64,000 bases of DNA, taken from assembly GCF_041690455.1 (NCBI RefSeq), contig NZ_JAWLHI010000007.1, positions 1,610 to 65,609 of the forward strand, read 5' to 3'. The translations under genes were made by a program, and so were the position numbers. How positions within the stretch are numbered: the first letter of the stretch is position 1; every line of letters begins with the position of its first letter. The notes beneath the pieces were generated by a model. The model saw only the letters and a list, made by a program, of their open reading frames with translations. It did no database searches and was not told the DNA's origin. This document shows, piece after piece, positions 1-12,866 of the stretch. The stretch comes from Marinobacter sp. (lineage in GTDB: Bacteria; Pseudomonadota; Gammaproteobacteria; Pseudomonadales; Oleiphilaceae).

Positions 1-456
1 GACAGCGTCAACAACCTCTACGATATCTACATCGATCTCCTGTGCATGCTGGGGCGCAAAGTCCTTGAGCGCTGGTCCGGCGAGGAACTGGGCGGCGTCA
101 TGGGCCAGGTCCGGGAGCTGCAGGCGGTGATCGACGCCCTCAACTCCAACAGTGCCGATGCGGCGGAACAGGTGATCGACGCCGGCTTCGGTGTCATGCG
201 TTACGCCTACCGTCTGGTGGAGAATCCTTTCCTCGAGGAAACCCTGGAGAACTTCCGGCCGGCCATCAGCCGTACCTATTTTGTGGCGCTGGAACATTTC
301 CGGGAAGAGATTGACGAGACGGCAACCTTCTTCCGCCAGCTGGCGGATGCGGCTACCGCCGGCGATGCCGACCGTCTCCAGGCGGCCATCCAGGCCTTCG
401 GCGAGCACCAGCGCCAGCAGGTCCTGAGTATTCTCAGGGACGAGGAGAGCGCCTGA
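1..456 (+). CDS. GntR-family transcriptional regulator, C-terminal (FCD-like) part; 5' end is outside the window
   Basis: Frame is open from base 1 to TGA at 454-456. Helical FCD-like C-terminus. A GntR gene directly upstream of smc-zipA-ligA is the known Pseudomonas-type arrangement. Confidence 0.6.
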   Translation, partial: DSVNNLYDIYIDLLCMLGRKVLERWSGEELGGVMGQVRELQAVIDALNSNSADAAEQVIDAGFGVMRYAYRLVENPFLEETLENFRPAISRTYFVALEHFREEIDETATFFRQLADAATAGDADRLQAAIQAFGEHQRQQVLSILRDEESA

Positions 457-457
457 T

Positions 458-3400
458 ATGCGCCTGAAGTCCATCAAGCTGTCCGGTTTCAAGTCTTTTG
501 TGGACCCGACCACGGTACCTTTCCCCTCCAACATGACCGCGGTGGTGGGGCCCAACGGCTGTGGCAAGTCGAACATCATTGACGCGGTTCGCTGGGTCAT
601 GGGGGAGAGTTCCGCCAAGTACCTCCGTGGCGAATCCATGACCGACGTTATCTTCAACGGTTCCAGCGCCCGCAAGCCCGTTGGCCAGGCCTCCATCGAA
701 CTGGTGTTCGACAACAGCGACGGCTCGGCGCCCGGCGAATTTGTCCGCTTCAACGAAATCTCCGTGCGCCGTCGGGTGTCCCGGGAAGGCCAGTCCGAAT
801 ACTTCATGAATGGTGCGAAATGCCGCCGCCGTGACATCACCGATCTGTTCCTGGGTACCGGTCTGGGGCCTCGCAGCTACGCCATCATCGAGCAGGGCAT
901 GATTTCCCGGCTCATCGAAGCCAAACCGGAAGAACTCCGGGTCTATATCGAGGAAGCCGCGGGAATTTCCAAGTACAAGGAACGGCGTCGGGAAACCGAG
1001 AACCGGATCCGCCGCACCCAGGAAAACCTCGAGCGCCTGACTGACCTGCGTGATGAACTGGCTCGCCAGCTGCAACATCTGGAACGCCAGGCGGCTGCCG
1101 CCGAGAAGTACAAGGCCTACAAGCAGGAAGAGCGCCAGAAGAAGGCGGAGCTGACGGTGCTGCGCTGGCAATCCCTGGATAATGACCTGCAGACCTGGCG
1201 TGGCAAGATCCGGGATACCGAGCTTGAACTGGAAAAACAGCTGACCGAACGGGTGAGCCTGGAAACCGCTCTCGAATCGCTCCGGGACAGTCATCAGGAC
1301 CGCACCGAACATTTCAATCGCGCCCAGGCCCGATACTACGAGGCCGGCGCCGATATTGCCCGTATCGAACAGAGCCTGGAACACCAGCGCGAGCGTAGCC
1401 GCCAGACCGCCACGGAACTGGACCAGGCCATGGCCAACGAGCGTGAGCTGGCGCGGGAACTGGAGCAGGACGAAGAAAAGCTGGCCGGTATCCAGGAAGA
1501 GCTGGACATGATGGAGCCGGAACAGGAAGCCCTGGCCATCCGCTCCGAGGAATCAGGCGAGAAGCTGCAGCAGGCCGAAGAAGCCATGAGCGACTGGCAG
1601 CACAAGTGGGAAGAGTTTAGTACCCGCTCTTCCGATGCGCGCCGTCAGGCGGAGCTGGCCCAGTCCCGCATCCGCTCTCTGGAAGACGCCATCGAACAGC
1701 TGCGGAACCGGAGCCGGAAACTGGAGGACGAGCGTGAACTGCTCGAAGGCCAGATGGACCGGGCGGAACTGGAAGGCCTGCTGGAGCAACAGGAAACTCT
1801 GGAGCTCCAGCGGGAAGAAGCCTCCGAGCGCATCGCGGATATCCAGGACGAACTCTACGAAGCCCGCCAGCAGCAGCGCGAGGCCGAAAATGCCCTGTCT
1901 GAGGAGCGCCAGCGGGTCCAGAGCCTTCGGGCGTCCCTTGAATCCCAGCAGGCATTGCTGGACGAACAACTGGGTAGTCAGGACGATCAGCTTCAGTCCT
2001 GGCTCTCCGACCATGACCTTTTGGACGCTCCGCGTGTGGCCTCACGCCTGCGGATTGACGACGGCTGGGAATTCGCCGTGGAGCAGGTCATCGGCCGGTT
2101 CACCCAGGGGCTTGCGCTGCCGGGCATCTCCGGACTTTCCGGTGCCATGGCGGAGGCCCCACGGGGATTGGCAGTGGTGGATGACGGTTCCGGGGATGCC
2201 GGCACTGGTACCGGGCTCGCCGCAAGGGTCTCTGGTGTGCCGGCGGTCACCGCGATGCTCGACGGAATCGACACCGCTGAAAACCTGGATGAGGCCCTGG
2301 CCACGCGCGCGAGCCTTGGCGCGGGGCAGAGTCTGATCACCCGGGAAGGTATCTGGGTCGCCCGTGACTGGATCCTGATGCCGGACTCGGATGCCGGTCA
2401 GGTGGGGGTCATCGAGCGTCAGAAAAAAGTGGCCGAACTGACGGAACAGCTTGCCAGCGCCGAGGCAGCCATGGAGACGGCAAATGAGCGTCTGGAGCAG
2501 CTCCAGGAGCGCGCCGAGCGGGCGCAAGCAACCCGCGAGGACGCCCAGGCGAAACTGTCCGATGCCGAGCGGGAACTCAGCAGCCTCGGCTCCCGGATCT
2601 CCGGGCTCAAGGCCCGGGCCGAACAGATCGATGCCCGGCTGCAACGGATTACCGAGGATCGGGAGGATGTGGCTGTCAGTCTTGAGGACCAGCAGGAAAG
2701 TCTGCAGATGGCCCGGGAGGAATGGCAGCAGGCACTGGCTTCCACGGAAGACAGTGACGAGGAAAAGGAAAGGTTGCTGGAACAGAGAGACACGCTCCGG
2801 GAGAACCTGGACCGACTGCGCCAGGAGGCCCGTCACGACCGGGACCATGCCCACCAGCTGCAGCTGCAGCTTCAGACCCTGAACAGTCAGCGTGAGGGCC
2901 TGAAACAGACCATTGATCGGATGCAGCTGCAGAAGGAGCGGATCCAGGAGCGCCTCGAGATCCTGCGGGAAGCGCGGGAGAACGCCGAAGAGCCCATGGA
3001 AGACTTGCAGATGCAGCTCGAGGGCCTGCTGGACCGTCGACTGGCGGAAGAGGAAAAACTGGGTGCAGCCCGGGACTCCCTGGAAGAGATTGACCGGGAG
3101 GTCCGTGAAAAGGAACAGGCCCGCAGCCGCATTGACCATGAGATCCAGGATGTCCGTGCCCGGCTGGAAAAACTCAAGATGGAGTCACAGGCACTGGAGA
3201 TCCGCTCCGGCAACCACATCGAGCAGCTCACGGAACTGGATGTGAAACTGCAGGAAATACTGGAGCAGCTGCCGGAAGGGGCCAATGAGAAGGACTGGGC
3301 CGACGAGCTTGAGAAGATCGGCAACCGGATCCAGCGGCTGGGTGCCATCAACCTGGCGGCCATCGAGGAATACCAGGTCCAGAGCGAGCGCAAGACCTAT

Positions 3401-3952
3401 CTGGACAGCCAGCACGAAGACCTGATGGAAGCCCTGGAAACGCTGGACAACGCGATCCGGAAGATCGACCGGGAAACCCGCCAGCGCTTCAAGGAAACCT
3501 TCGACCAGGTCAACGGCGGCCTGCAGGCACTGTTCCCGAAAGTGTTCGGGGGCGGTAATGCCTATCTGGAACTGACCGGTGAGGATCTGCTGGAAACCGG
3601 CGTCGCCATTATGGCGCGGCCGCCGGGCAAGAAGAACAGCACCATCCATCTGCTCTCCGGTGGTGAAAAGGCCCTGACAGCGATCGCACTGGTGTTTTCA
3701 ATCTTCCAGCTCAACCCGGCGCCTTTCTGTATGCTGGATGAGGTGGATGCGCCTCTGGACGATGCCAACGTCGGCCGCTACGCCAATATGGTCAAGGAGA
3801 TGTCGAAGCAGGTGCAGTTCATCTACATTACCCACAACAAGATCGCCATGGAGATGGCGGACCAGTTGATGGGTGTGACCATGCATGAACCGGGTTGTTC
3901 GCGGCTGGTGTCTGTGGATGTGGAAGAGGCGGCAGCCCTGGCCGAGGCCTGA
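458..3952 (+). CDS. smc: Chromosome segregation ATPase SMC
   Basis: 1164 aa; MRLKSIKLSGFKSF start, Walker A GPNGCGKS, long coiled coils with hinge, signature LSGGE, Walker B/D-loop MLDEVDAPLD. Confidence 0.98.
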   Translation: MRLKSIKLSGFKSFVDPTTVPFPSNMTAVVGPNGCGKSNIIDAVRWVMGESSAKYLRGESMTDVIFNGSSARKPVGQASIELVFDNSDGSAPGEFVRFNEISVRRRVSREGQSEYFMNGAKCRRRDITDLFLGTGLGPRSYAIIEQGMISRLIEAKPEELRVYIEEAAGISKYKERRRETENRIRRTQENLERLTDLRDELARQLQHLERQAAAAEKYKAYKQEERQKKAELTVLRWQSLDNDLQTWRGKIRDTELELEKQLTERVSLETALESLRDSHQDRTEHFNRAQARYYEAGADIARIEQSLEHQRERSRQTATELDQAMANERELARELEQDEEKLAGIQEELDMMEPEQEALAIRSEESGEKLQQAEEAMSDWQHKWEEFSTRSSDARRQAELAQSRIRSLEDAIEQLRNRSRKLEDERELLEGQMDRAELEGLLEQQETLELQREEASERIADIQDELYEARQQQREAENALSEERQRVQSLRASLESQQALLDEQLGSQDDQLQSWLSDHDLLDAPRVASRLRIDDGWEFAVEQVIGRFTQGLALPGISGLSGAMAEAPRGLAVVDDGSGDAGTGTGLAARVSGVPAVTAMLDGIDTAENLDEALATRASLGAGQSLITREGIWVARDWILMPDSDAGQVGVIERQKKVAELTEQLASAEAAMETANERLEQLQERAERAQATREDAQAKLSDAERELSSLGSRISGLKARAEQIDARLQRITEDREDVAVSLEDQQESLQMAREEWQQALASTEDSDEEKERLLEQRDTLRENLDRLRQEARHDRDHAHQLQLQLQTLNSQREGLKQTIDRMQLQKERIQERLEILREARENAEEPMEDLQMQLEGLLDRRLAEEEKLGAARDSLEEIDREVREKEQARSRIDHEIQDVRARLEKLKMESQALEIRSGNHIEQLTELDVKLQEILEQLPEGANEKDWADELEKIGNRIQRLGAINLAAIEEYQVQSERKTYLDSQHEDLMEALETLDNAIRKIDRETRQRFKETFDQVNGGLQALFPKVFGGGNAYLELTGEDLLETGVAIMARPPGKKNSTIHLLSGGEKALTAIALVFSIFQLNPAPFCMLDEVDAPLDDANVGRYANMVKEMSKQVQFIYITHNKIAMEMADQLMGVTMHEPGCSRLVSVDVEEAAALAEA

Positions 3953-4080
3953 TGCCGGCACTGGTTGAAATGCCATCAAGGATGACAAATATGCCATCTG
4001 GCCCGGCTGTGCGTTGTATTCATTACAGGCTTTTCTTAGAGTAGCAACATTATTGAACCTGCAGACAGGACGACAGCACT

Positions 4081-5148
4081 ATGTCTCTTAGGGAATGGTT
4101 AATCGCCATAGGTACCCTGGTTATTCTCGGCATCGTGATAGATGGTATTCGTCGGATGCGCCGGGCTCGGAAAGAGTCCATGGCCATTTCGTCGGGGATG
4201 GGTGCGGATGACCTCGACGAATCTCCCCTCGAAGAGGAGTACAACCCCGAGTTGCCCAATGGCGGAGCCCGGACGATCTCCCGTGACGTTCTGGAAGAGC
4301 GGGGTTACGTCAAGCCCGAAAGATCCAGCCGCTTTGGCAACCCGCCGCCCAAACCGACCCGGCCGGCGAAGGAAACTCGCAAGCCCGAACAGCCCGCCGA
4401 GCCTGAACCCGAAATGGCGGAGGACGAGCGTCTGTCGTCCGCCGATCAGGATGACTACATCCAGGACGCCGGCTGGGGCGCCCGTGACGATGAAGCGGTT
4501 GATGATGGTGTCGTAAGCGAGCCTCGCACCGTGGCGCCAGAACCAGCGCCCCGGCCTGCAGAGCCAGAGGTCACTGAAGAGCCCCGCTCTGCCAGGCACG
4601 CAGAGACAGAAAATGCGCCCCCGATTGTCACCAGCGAGGTTGAGGAGGACACCGCCCGGAGAACCCCCACCGCGCGGCGTTCTGACCAGCCACTGGCGGG
4701 TGCCAACCGTCCCGAGGCCCGGGAAGTGATTGTGATCAACATACTCGCCCGCAGTGGCGAGGAGTTCTCTGGCCCGGCCCTCAAGAAACTGTTCGAGGCC
4801 TGTGGGCTTGAACATGGCGACATGGATATCTACCACCGCCACGAGGAAGCGGACACCACCAGCCCGGTGCAGTTCAGCGTGGCCAATGCCGTGGAGCCCG
4901 GCACTTTCAAGCCCTCCGACATTCCGGGTATGAAGACGCCGGGGATCAGCTTTTTCATGAGCCTGCCCGGTCCGTCGAAGCCTCTGCAGGCCTTCGATTT
5001 CATGCTGGAGACCGCCCAGGCGGTGGTTCGTAACCTGGGAGGTGAACTCAAGGACGAACGGCGCAGCGTGATGACGCCGCAGACCATCGAGCATTGTCGC
5101 CAGCGCATCCGCGAGTTCGAGCGCAAGCAGCGATCCCATCGGGTTTGA
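4081..5148 (+). CDS. zipA: Cell division protein ZipA
   Basis: N-terminal TM anchor, Pro/Glu-rich linker, C-terminal ZipA domain (GDMDIYHRH, FSVANAVEPGTF, FFMSLPG); lies between smc and ligA. Confidence 0.95.
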   Translation: MSLREWLIAIGTLVILGIVIDGIRRMRRARKESMAISSGMGADDLDESPLEEEYNPELPNGGARTISRDVLEERGYVKPERSSRFGNPPPKPTRPAKETRKPEQPAEPEPEMAEDERLSSADQDDYIQDAGWGARDDEAVDDGVVSEPRTVAPEPAPRPAEPEVTEEPRSARHAETENAPPIVTSEVEEDTARRTPTARRSDQPLAGANRPEAREVIVINILARSGEEFSGPALKKLFEACGLEHGDMDIYHRHEEADTTSPVQFSVANAVEPGTFKPSDIPGMKTPGISFFMSLPGPSKPLQAFDFMLETAQAVVRNLGGELKDERRSVMTPQTIEHCRQRIREFERKQRSHRV

Positions 5149-5157
5149 GGGTCGTAA

Positions 5158-7254
<2,097 letters not shown>

Positions 7255-7439
7255 GCCTTGCATCACAAACGCGCAGCTGCCCGCAGACCAGGACGGTTTA
7301 CGGGCAGCGAATCTGAGAACTCGCGCAGATCCCGTCTTCGACAAATTGGCTACCATGGCGTTGTTCTGTAACGGTGTGTAAATAAGGCTCGATCGCCGGC
7401 TCACACCCATAATAACAACGCTCCGAAACGGACTTTTCC

Positions 7440-10208
7440 ATGTGCGCCGATAGTTGTTCCCGCATCGCTTCCGGTCTCCGCTTTACCGGCCTGATACTTC
7501 TCCTGACTGCTCTCGTTGGCTGTAAAACCGAGAAAGACCCGGATCAGCCAACCATCCTCGGGGCACCGCCGACCAACGCCTACCTGGGCGTGGAGTATTA
7601 CTACAACTGGGGCGCGTACGGGGGGGAAGGCATTCTCGATTACAGCCTGACCAACGCTCCGTCCTGGCTGGCGCTGGAGGACATCAGCAACAAGGCTCGC
7701 CAGGGTGTGATCATGTACGGCGTGCCCGGCCTGACCGGGGGCAGTCGGGGTGAGGCGGATCTCGGGAAGACCGAAGACATCAACCTGGTGACCACAGATG
7801 GCAGCCTGGCCGGTACTGCGCCGTTTGATATTGAAGTGCGATACAACCCCCTGGCTCTGGAGGCGGGTAACTTCACCGAGGGTGAGGTACCGGAACTTGC
7901 GACTCCGAGAGGGGAGCATTGCGCGGTGCCGGATCTGTCCGAGCCGGGAGAACATACCTTCACCATCAATACCTACGACGATTCCGGCGCGGTTGATGGC
8001 GAAAAGGAAGTCACCCTGCCTACCCGTCAGGTCGCCGTCAAGGTGACCCTCGACAAGCCCTCGGTGACCCGGGTTGGCGTCGCCTTTGAACTGAGCTCCC
8101 AATACGATCCCGGCATGTGTGATCCGTCGTTCACCGGCACCGCGCCTCACCAGCGTTGCGATTTCAGTGCTGCCAATGCCAGCGACGCCATCATCGGTAA
8201 GGACATTGTAGGCCTCGGCACCGGCTCTCCGGCGCCCGTGGATGAAAACGGCGATCCGCTCGGCTACCTCTCCTACGAAGCGGATGACAATGGCTATCTG
8301 ACCCGGGGAGTCGTCACCCTTGAGCCGGGAATCACCGAATGCTATATCCGCCTCGAAGTGGTGGAGGACAGTTTTGCCGAGCTTTCCGAGTCGGCACATC
8401 TGACCCTCACCGAGGTCCGCTCCGGCCTTGCCGGGCTTGGCCCTAACAACGGCGGGGTACAGGCCACCGTGACCATTGATGACAACGAACCGGTGGTGTC
8501 CCTGGAAACCCTGAACGGCGGGCTCAGGGACACCCTGAACGTGGGGGATGCCCGGGAATACCGTGCCAGGTTGACCGGCGAGCGGGAAGGAATCGTGCAG
8601 GCCCGCCTGATCCACTCCGAAAGTTCCACCGCGCGACTTGATAGCGAGTTTGTGATCGAGCAGCAGGAAGCCGGGCTCTGGGTGGAGAATCCAACCCTGA
8701 GTTTTCCGGCGGATCAGGATCAGGTCACCCTCCGTGTCCGTGTGCCTGCGGACAGCTACACCAACCCGGGTCTGGACGACCGTTTTATCCAGATGGCTCT
8801 GGACGAGGCCTACCAGGCCGGACGCGAGGGATTTGCACGGCCGGCGTCAGAGGATCTGCTGCGTATCAGCCTGAATGAACTGACAGCACCGATCGTTCTG
8901 CCGGCGGGCGGAGGTTTCCTGCCCACGGATATGGCCCTTGGTCACGACGGCCGGCTTTTCCTGGCCGGCTATGACAGTGCCGACGGCAACCGGGCCAAGG
9001 TCCGGATCTTTGACCAGAAAGGCAACCTGCTACAGGAGGCAGGCGTTACGCCGGAGGGTGTCAGTCTTGCGCCGTCGTCCCCGGTCATTGGTGTGGTGAA
9101 CAGGAAGGTTACCGAGAACAACACCAAGGTGGACCGGTATGAGTTCGTGGTTGCCTACAGCACTGACGAGAACATTCCGGGGGCAAATCGCGCGGAAGTA
9201 GATATGGGCCTTGAGGACGTCATTGCCTCCGTATTCTTGTTCAACGGTGATTTGAACGGTGGCGAGTACGTTCCTTACTGGACGCTACGCAGTGGCACCT
9301 CTGGTAACGACCGGACCCGGGATGCCGGGATCAATCCGGATTCCGGCTATGTGATCCTGTCCGGTGAAACCACCGGAACCTGGCCCGGACAAAGTTCGGC
9401 CGGTGGCGTAGACAGCTTCCTGCAACGGATTGATACTGTGCTGGACGGCGACACGCCGGTGCCCGAAGTCGCCTGGACCCGACAGGTGGGATCTGCCAGC
9501 GACGATGCCGTGGCGGGCAGTTCGGTGCTGTCCATGTCGCCCATGCTGTTCGGCTCGGCTGCAGGTTCCGTGGGTGGTGCCCAGGTGATCGGCGGGGAGG
9601 ATGCCTATTTCTATTCCTACGGCGGGGCGTCAACCACGCCGACCGTCTATCAGGTGGGAACTGCTGGTGATGAGTCGGTCACGGCCGGCCTGTTCAGTGG
9701 GAATCACCTCTGGCTGCTGGGCGCGAGTGATGGGGAGTACTCCGTCGCCACCGGCGAGGACGATGTTCAAACCCTGGTGCGTGAGCCGTTGTCCAGTCAG
9801 GCGGGCTTCCTGCTGTCCTATTCCCCGACCGGAGGCCTGAGCAGGGGGTTCACCTTGAACGACGCGGCGGACGCATCCAGTGAGTCTTTCCACGCCCTGA
9901 CCGGATTCGGTGGCGATATGGTGGCCGGAGGCGATACCACCGGCAATTTCACCGGAGATGCGGTTCCTTCATCCGGCCAGACCCAGGGCATCGTCAGCCG
10001 CATTTCGCTGGTCGAGCCGACCGCAACGGATGACAGCGAACCAAAGTTCCGCAACGAGTGGCGCTTCCAACTGACGACCGGAGAGACGTCTGTACAGCGA
10101 CTCGCCAATTACCGGGACGACGAAATCACGGCGTTGGTGCGTTCGGGGGACGACCGGATGATTACCCTGCTCAGTCCCGAGGGGCGGCTGCTGACGCCCC
10201 TGAACTGA
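7440..10208 (+). CDS. Large predicted lipoprotein with Ig-like, Calx-beta-like and beta-propeller-like repeats
   Basis: 922 aa ORF; lipobox LLTALVGC; Ig-like segment (PTILGAPPT..AYLGVEYYY..LTNAPSWL); C-terminal SBBP-like repeats (GGVDSFLQRID, WTRQVGSASDD, GGEDAYFY, QVGTAGDE). Start codon uncertain. Confidence 0.65.
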   Translation: MCADSCSRIASGLRFTGLILLLTALVGCKTEKDPDQPTILGAPPTNAYLGVEYYYNWGAYGGEGILDYSLTNAPSWLALEDISNKARQGVIMYGVPGLTGGSRGEADLGKTEDINLVTTDGSLAGTAPFDIEVRYNPLALEAGNFTEGEVPELATPRGEHCAVPDLSEPGEHTFTINTYDDSGAVDGEKEVTLPTRQVAVKVTLDKPSVTRVGVAFELSSQYDPGMCDPSFTGTAPHQRCDFSAANASDAIIGKDIVGLGTGSPAPVDENGDPLGYLSYEADDNGYLTRGVVTLEPGITECYIRLEVVEDSFAELSESAHLTLTEVRSGLAGLGPNNGGVQATVTIDDNEPVVSLETLNGGLRDTLNVGDAREYRARLTGEREGIVQARLIHSESSTARLDSEFVIEQQEAGLWVENPTLSFPADQDQVTLRVRVPADSYTNPGLDDRFIQMALDEAYQAGREGFARPASEDLLRISLNELTAPIVLPAGGGFLPTDMALGHDGRLFLAGYDSADGNRAKVRIFDQKGNLLQEAGVTPEGVSLAPSSPVIGVVNRKVTENNTKVDRYEFVVAYSTDENIPGANRAEVDMGLEDVIASVFLFNGDLNGGEYVPYWTLRSGTSGNDRTRDAGINPDSGYVILSGETTGTWPGQSSAGGVDSFLQRIDTVLDGDTPVPEVAWTRQVGSASDDAVAGSSVLSMSPMLFGSAAGSVGGAQVIGGEDAYFYSYGGASTTPTVYQVGTAGDESVTAGLFSGNHLWLLGASDGEYSVATGEDDVQTLVREPLSSQAGFLLSYSPTGGLSRGFTLNDAADASSESFHALTGFGGDMVAGGDTTGNFTGDAVPSSGQTQGIVSRISLVEPTATDDSEPKFRNEWRFQLTTGETSVQRLANYRDDEITALVRSGDDRMITLLSPEGRLLTPLN

Positions 10209-10212
10209 GGTG

Positions 10213-12090
10213 TCAGCCGGCCCGGCGCCGGCATATCCGGTCCGGCCGGACGCTGTGGGCGAGTGTCGCGGGCAGGCAGGCCGGTTGCCCGGTGAGCTGG
10301 TCCGCCACGTACTCGGCAAGAAGCGGCGCGTAGGTGAGCCCCTTGCTCCCCAGGCCGCTAAGCAGATAGACACCTTCAAGTGACTGCCCGTTGCAGTCTG
10401 CCATCATTCCGGCTACCGGCTGGTAATCGTGGGTGGTGCAGCGGAAGCCGACGCGTCCCTCGAAATCCCCGTTGCTTTCGTCTTCAGCAAACAAGCCCGG
10501 CAACATGTCGCCGAGCTGCTGGAGGTTCTCGGCGTTGGCCTCGCGGGTGACCGTGGGGTCGGCGCTGTGAAGGTCAAAGGTGGCCCCGGTCACGGCCAAG
10601 CCGTCCTGGCACGGATTAAGGTATTTCTGGCCACAGATAACCGCCTTGGGTGCCCGGATGGCTTCCTCGGGGAGGTGGGTTACCTGGCCCCGGATCGCCT
10701 TGAACCGATATTCACCCTTGAGCGGAATCAGTTCCGCCGTTTGGTGGCCTGCGGCGATCACCACACTCTCTGCGATGATGTCGGCGCCATTAAGGCTGGA
10801 CAGGTGCCATTTGCCGTTGCAGGGCATCAGCCGTTCCACCCGTGTGCCGAATCGGCAATCAATCAGGGCGTGACGGGCCAGCTCCCGGCAAAGGCTGCCG
10901 GGTGACAGCCAGCCATTATTGGGGAACCAGAGCCCACCGTTGGCGACGGAAGTACCGGTAAGTTCGGAGGCGGTGGCCGCGTCCACAGGGTACAGAAGCT
11001 CTTCGGGATACTGGTTGCGCTCCAGGAAACGAGCCTGCCGGTCCTGTTCCTGAGGATTCCACGCCATCTGTAGCAGGCCGGTCGTGTGCCAGAAGGAATC
11101 CCGGTAGGGTTCGTAGGCGCGCTGACTGAAGGTCAGGGCGGAGACGGCCAGTTCTGTCTGGGCGTTGAACTCGACGCCGAGCTTCACATACATTGCGCCC
11201 TGAAGATTTCCGGAGGCCGCGGCACCGGCAGTTTCTTCCGCATCAATGAGAGTGACCGCCACACCGCGACTGGCCAGATTCCGGGCCAGCAGGGTGCCAG
11301 CGATGCCCGCACCGATGATTGCCACGGTACCGGCAGGGGCAGGCGAATTGCTGGAAACGGTGCCAGGCAGCACCCCGGCGATCATGTCCCGCTTGCGTCC
11401 GTAGCCCGGTGTTTTGCGCATCTCGAAGCCTTCGTCCTCGAGCGCCCGGCGGATTCTGCCCACCGCGGTAAAGGTCGCCAGGGTCGTGCCCGGTTTACTG
11501 TGCTCGCGGATTAGCGCCATGGCCTGGTCCAGCCACATGTCGGGGTTCAGGGCCGGAGCAAAACCGTCCAGGAACCAGGCGTCGGCAGAGAATGACAGAG
11601 CCCCCCAGGCTTCCAGTACATCGCCAAAGTGCAGGGTCAGGCGCACCCGGCCTTCATCCAGTACCAGGCGGTGGGTACCCCGGACCAGGGACGGGTAACG
11701 CGCCAACAGTTCCGCAGCGAGCGGTGCCAGTTCGGGCCAGAGGTCCAGGGCGCGCTTGAGATCATCCCGTGTGAGTGGGTAGCGCTCGGCGGAGACGAAA
11801 TGCAGTACGGATCCGTTATCCGGCCGGTGCTCTTGCCAGGCTTGCCAGGCGGCAAGAAAATTGAGGCCGGTGCCGAAGCCGGTCTCCGCGATCACGAACG
11901 CACCTTGCGGAGGCACTACCTGGAAACGGTCGATCAGGTTGTTGTGGTCCAGAAAGACATAGCGGGTTTCTTCCAGGCCGTTATCGCGGCTGAAGTAGAC
12001 GTCCCCGAACCGGGCCGACTCCGGTATTCCATCCCGCCAGACGAGATCGGCGGGTTCGATTGCTGGCGGACGTACGGTGGATTCAGTCAT
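10213..12090 (-). CDS. mnmC: Bifunctional tRNA mnm5s2U34 biosynthesis protein MnmC
   Basis: N-terminal methyltransferase (FGDVYFS, ETGFGTGLNF, DAWFLDGFAP, GYGRKRDM) plus FAD oxidase domain (IIGAGIAG, ASGN, GLGSKG). Confidence 0.95.
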   Translation of the reverse strand: MTESTVRPPAIEPADLVWRDGIPESARFGDVYFSRDNGLEETRYVFLDHNNLIDRFQVVPPQGAFVIAETGFGTGLNFLAAWQAWQEHRPDNGSVLHFVSAERYPLTRDDLKRALDLWPELAPLAAELLARYPSLVRGTHRLVLDEGRVRLTLHFGDVLEAWGALSFSADAWFLDGFAPALNPDMWLDQAMALIREHSKPGTTLATFTAVGRIRRALEDEGFEMRKTPGYGRKRDMIAGVLPGTVSSNSPAPAGTVAIIGAGIAGTLLARNLASRGVAVTLIDAEETAGAAASGNLQGAMYVKLGVEFNAQTELAVSALTFSQRAYEPYRDSFWHTTGLLQMAWNPQEQDRQARFLERNQYPEELLYPVDAATASELTGTSVANGGLWFPNNGWLSPGSLCRELARHALIDCRFGTRVERLMPCNGKWHLSSLNGADIIAESVVIAAGHQTAELIPLKGEYRFKAIRGQVTHLPEEAIRAPKAVICGQKYLNPCQDGLAVTGATFDLHSADPTVTREANAENLQQLGDMLPGLFAEDESNGDFEGRVGFRCTTHDYQPVAGMMADCNGQSLEGVYLLSGLGSKGLTYAPLLAEYVADQLTGQPACLPATLAHSVRPDRICRRRAG

Positions 12091-12093
12091 GTT

Positions 12094-12711
12094 CTACTCG
12101 TCGTTGCTGACCACCGAAACCGTCTCGATGATAACCGGTTCGACCGGTACGTCTCTCATGCCACGGGCGTAGCCGGTTTCGACACCGGCGATGGCGTCAA
12201 CCACATCCATGCCTTCGGTAACCTCACCAAACACGGCGTAGCCTGCGCCACGGACGCCGGCATTGAGAGAGTCATTGTCGACCACGTTGATGAAAAACTG
12301 GGAAGTGGCCGAATCCGGATTGTTGGTGCGGGCCATGGCGATGGTGCCCCGCTGGTTCGGCAGGTCCTTGCTGGCTTCGTTGACGATCGGATCCCGGGTT
12401 GGTTTGCGTGACAGGTCCGCGGTAAATCCGCCGCCCTGGACCATGAAGCCGGGGATGACACGGTGAAACACCGTACCCTCATAGAATCCGTCCCGGGCGT
12501 ATTGAAGGAAGTTCTCTACGGTTTCGGGAGCCACATCGGGGCGAAGTTCGAGCACGAAGTCACCCTGGCTTGTTTCAAACCGGACTTCGGGCATTGTCGC
12601 ATCCTCGTCTCCCGATTGGGCCTGTGCCGGTGCGGAGACCAGGCAAAAAGCAGCCAGGGCGGCCAGCAGCGGGGAAACCAGTTGGCGGGAAAAAGGCATG
12701 TATTGAGTCAT
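12094..12711 (-). CDS. ppiA: Periplasmic cyclophilin-type peptidyl-prolyl isomerase
   Basis: FHRVIPGFMVQGGG, GTIAMART, SATSQFFIN, GYAVFG; signal peptide ending AQA. ATG at 12711 preferred over 12900. Confidence 0.9.
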   Translation of the reverse strand: MTQYMPFSRQLVSPLLAALAAFCLVSAPAQAQSGDEDATMPEVRFETSQGDFVLELRPDVAPETVENFLQYARDGFYEGTVFHRVIPGFMVQGGGFTADLSRKPTRDPIVNEASKDLPNQRGTIAMARTNNPDSATSQFFINVVDNDSLNAGVRGAGYAVFGEVTEGMDVVDAIAGVETGYARGMRDVPVEPVIIETVSVVSNDE

Positions 12712-12866
12712 ATCCGGGACACTCTCGATGTTGTAGGCAAAGTTCCGACCGGGTAAATCAGCGGGACCAGCTGGGCGAAGCAGGATGTTAGCAGATTGAT
12801 CCCACACAACGGCCAGCCGAAGGTGGTAAAATGCCACGTTAATTACGCGAATATAATAATGAGTCA

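Noticed and set aside
4300-4700. Pro/Glu-rich low-complexity stretch
   Set aside because: This is the normal ZipA linker.
7409-7417. AATAACAA motif as an Hfq/Crc site
   Set aside because: A short, common motif that cannot be supported on its own.
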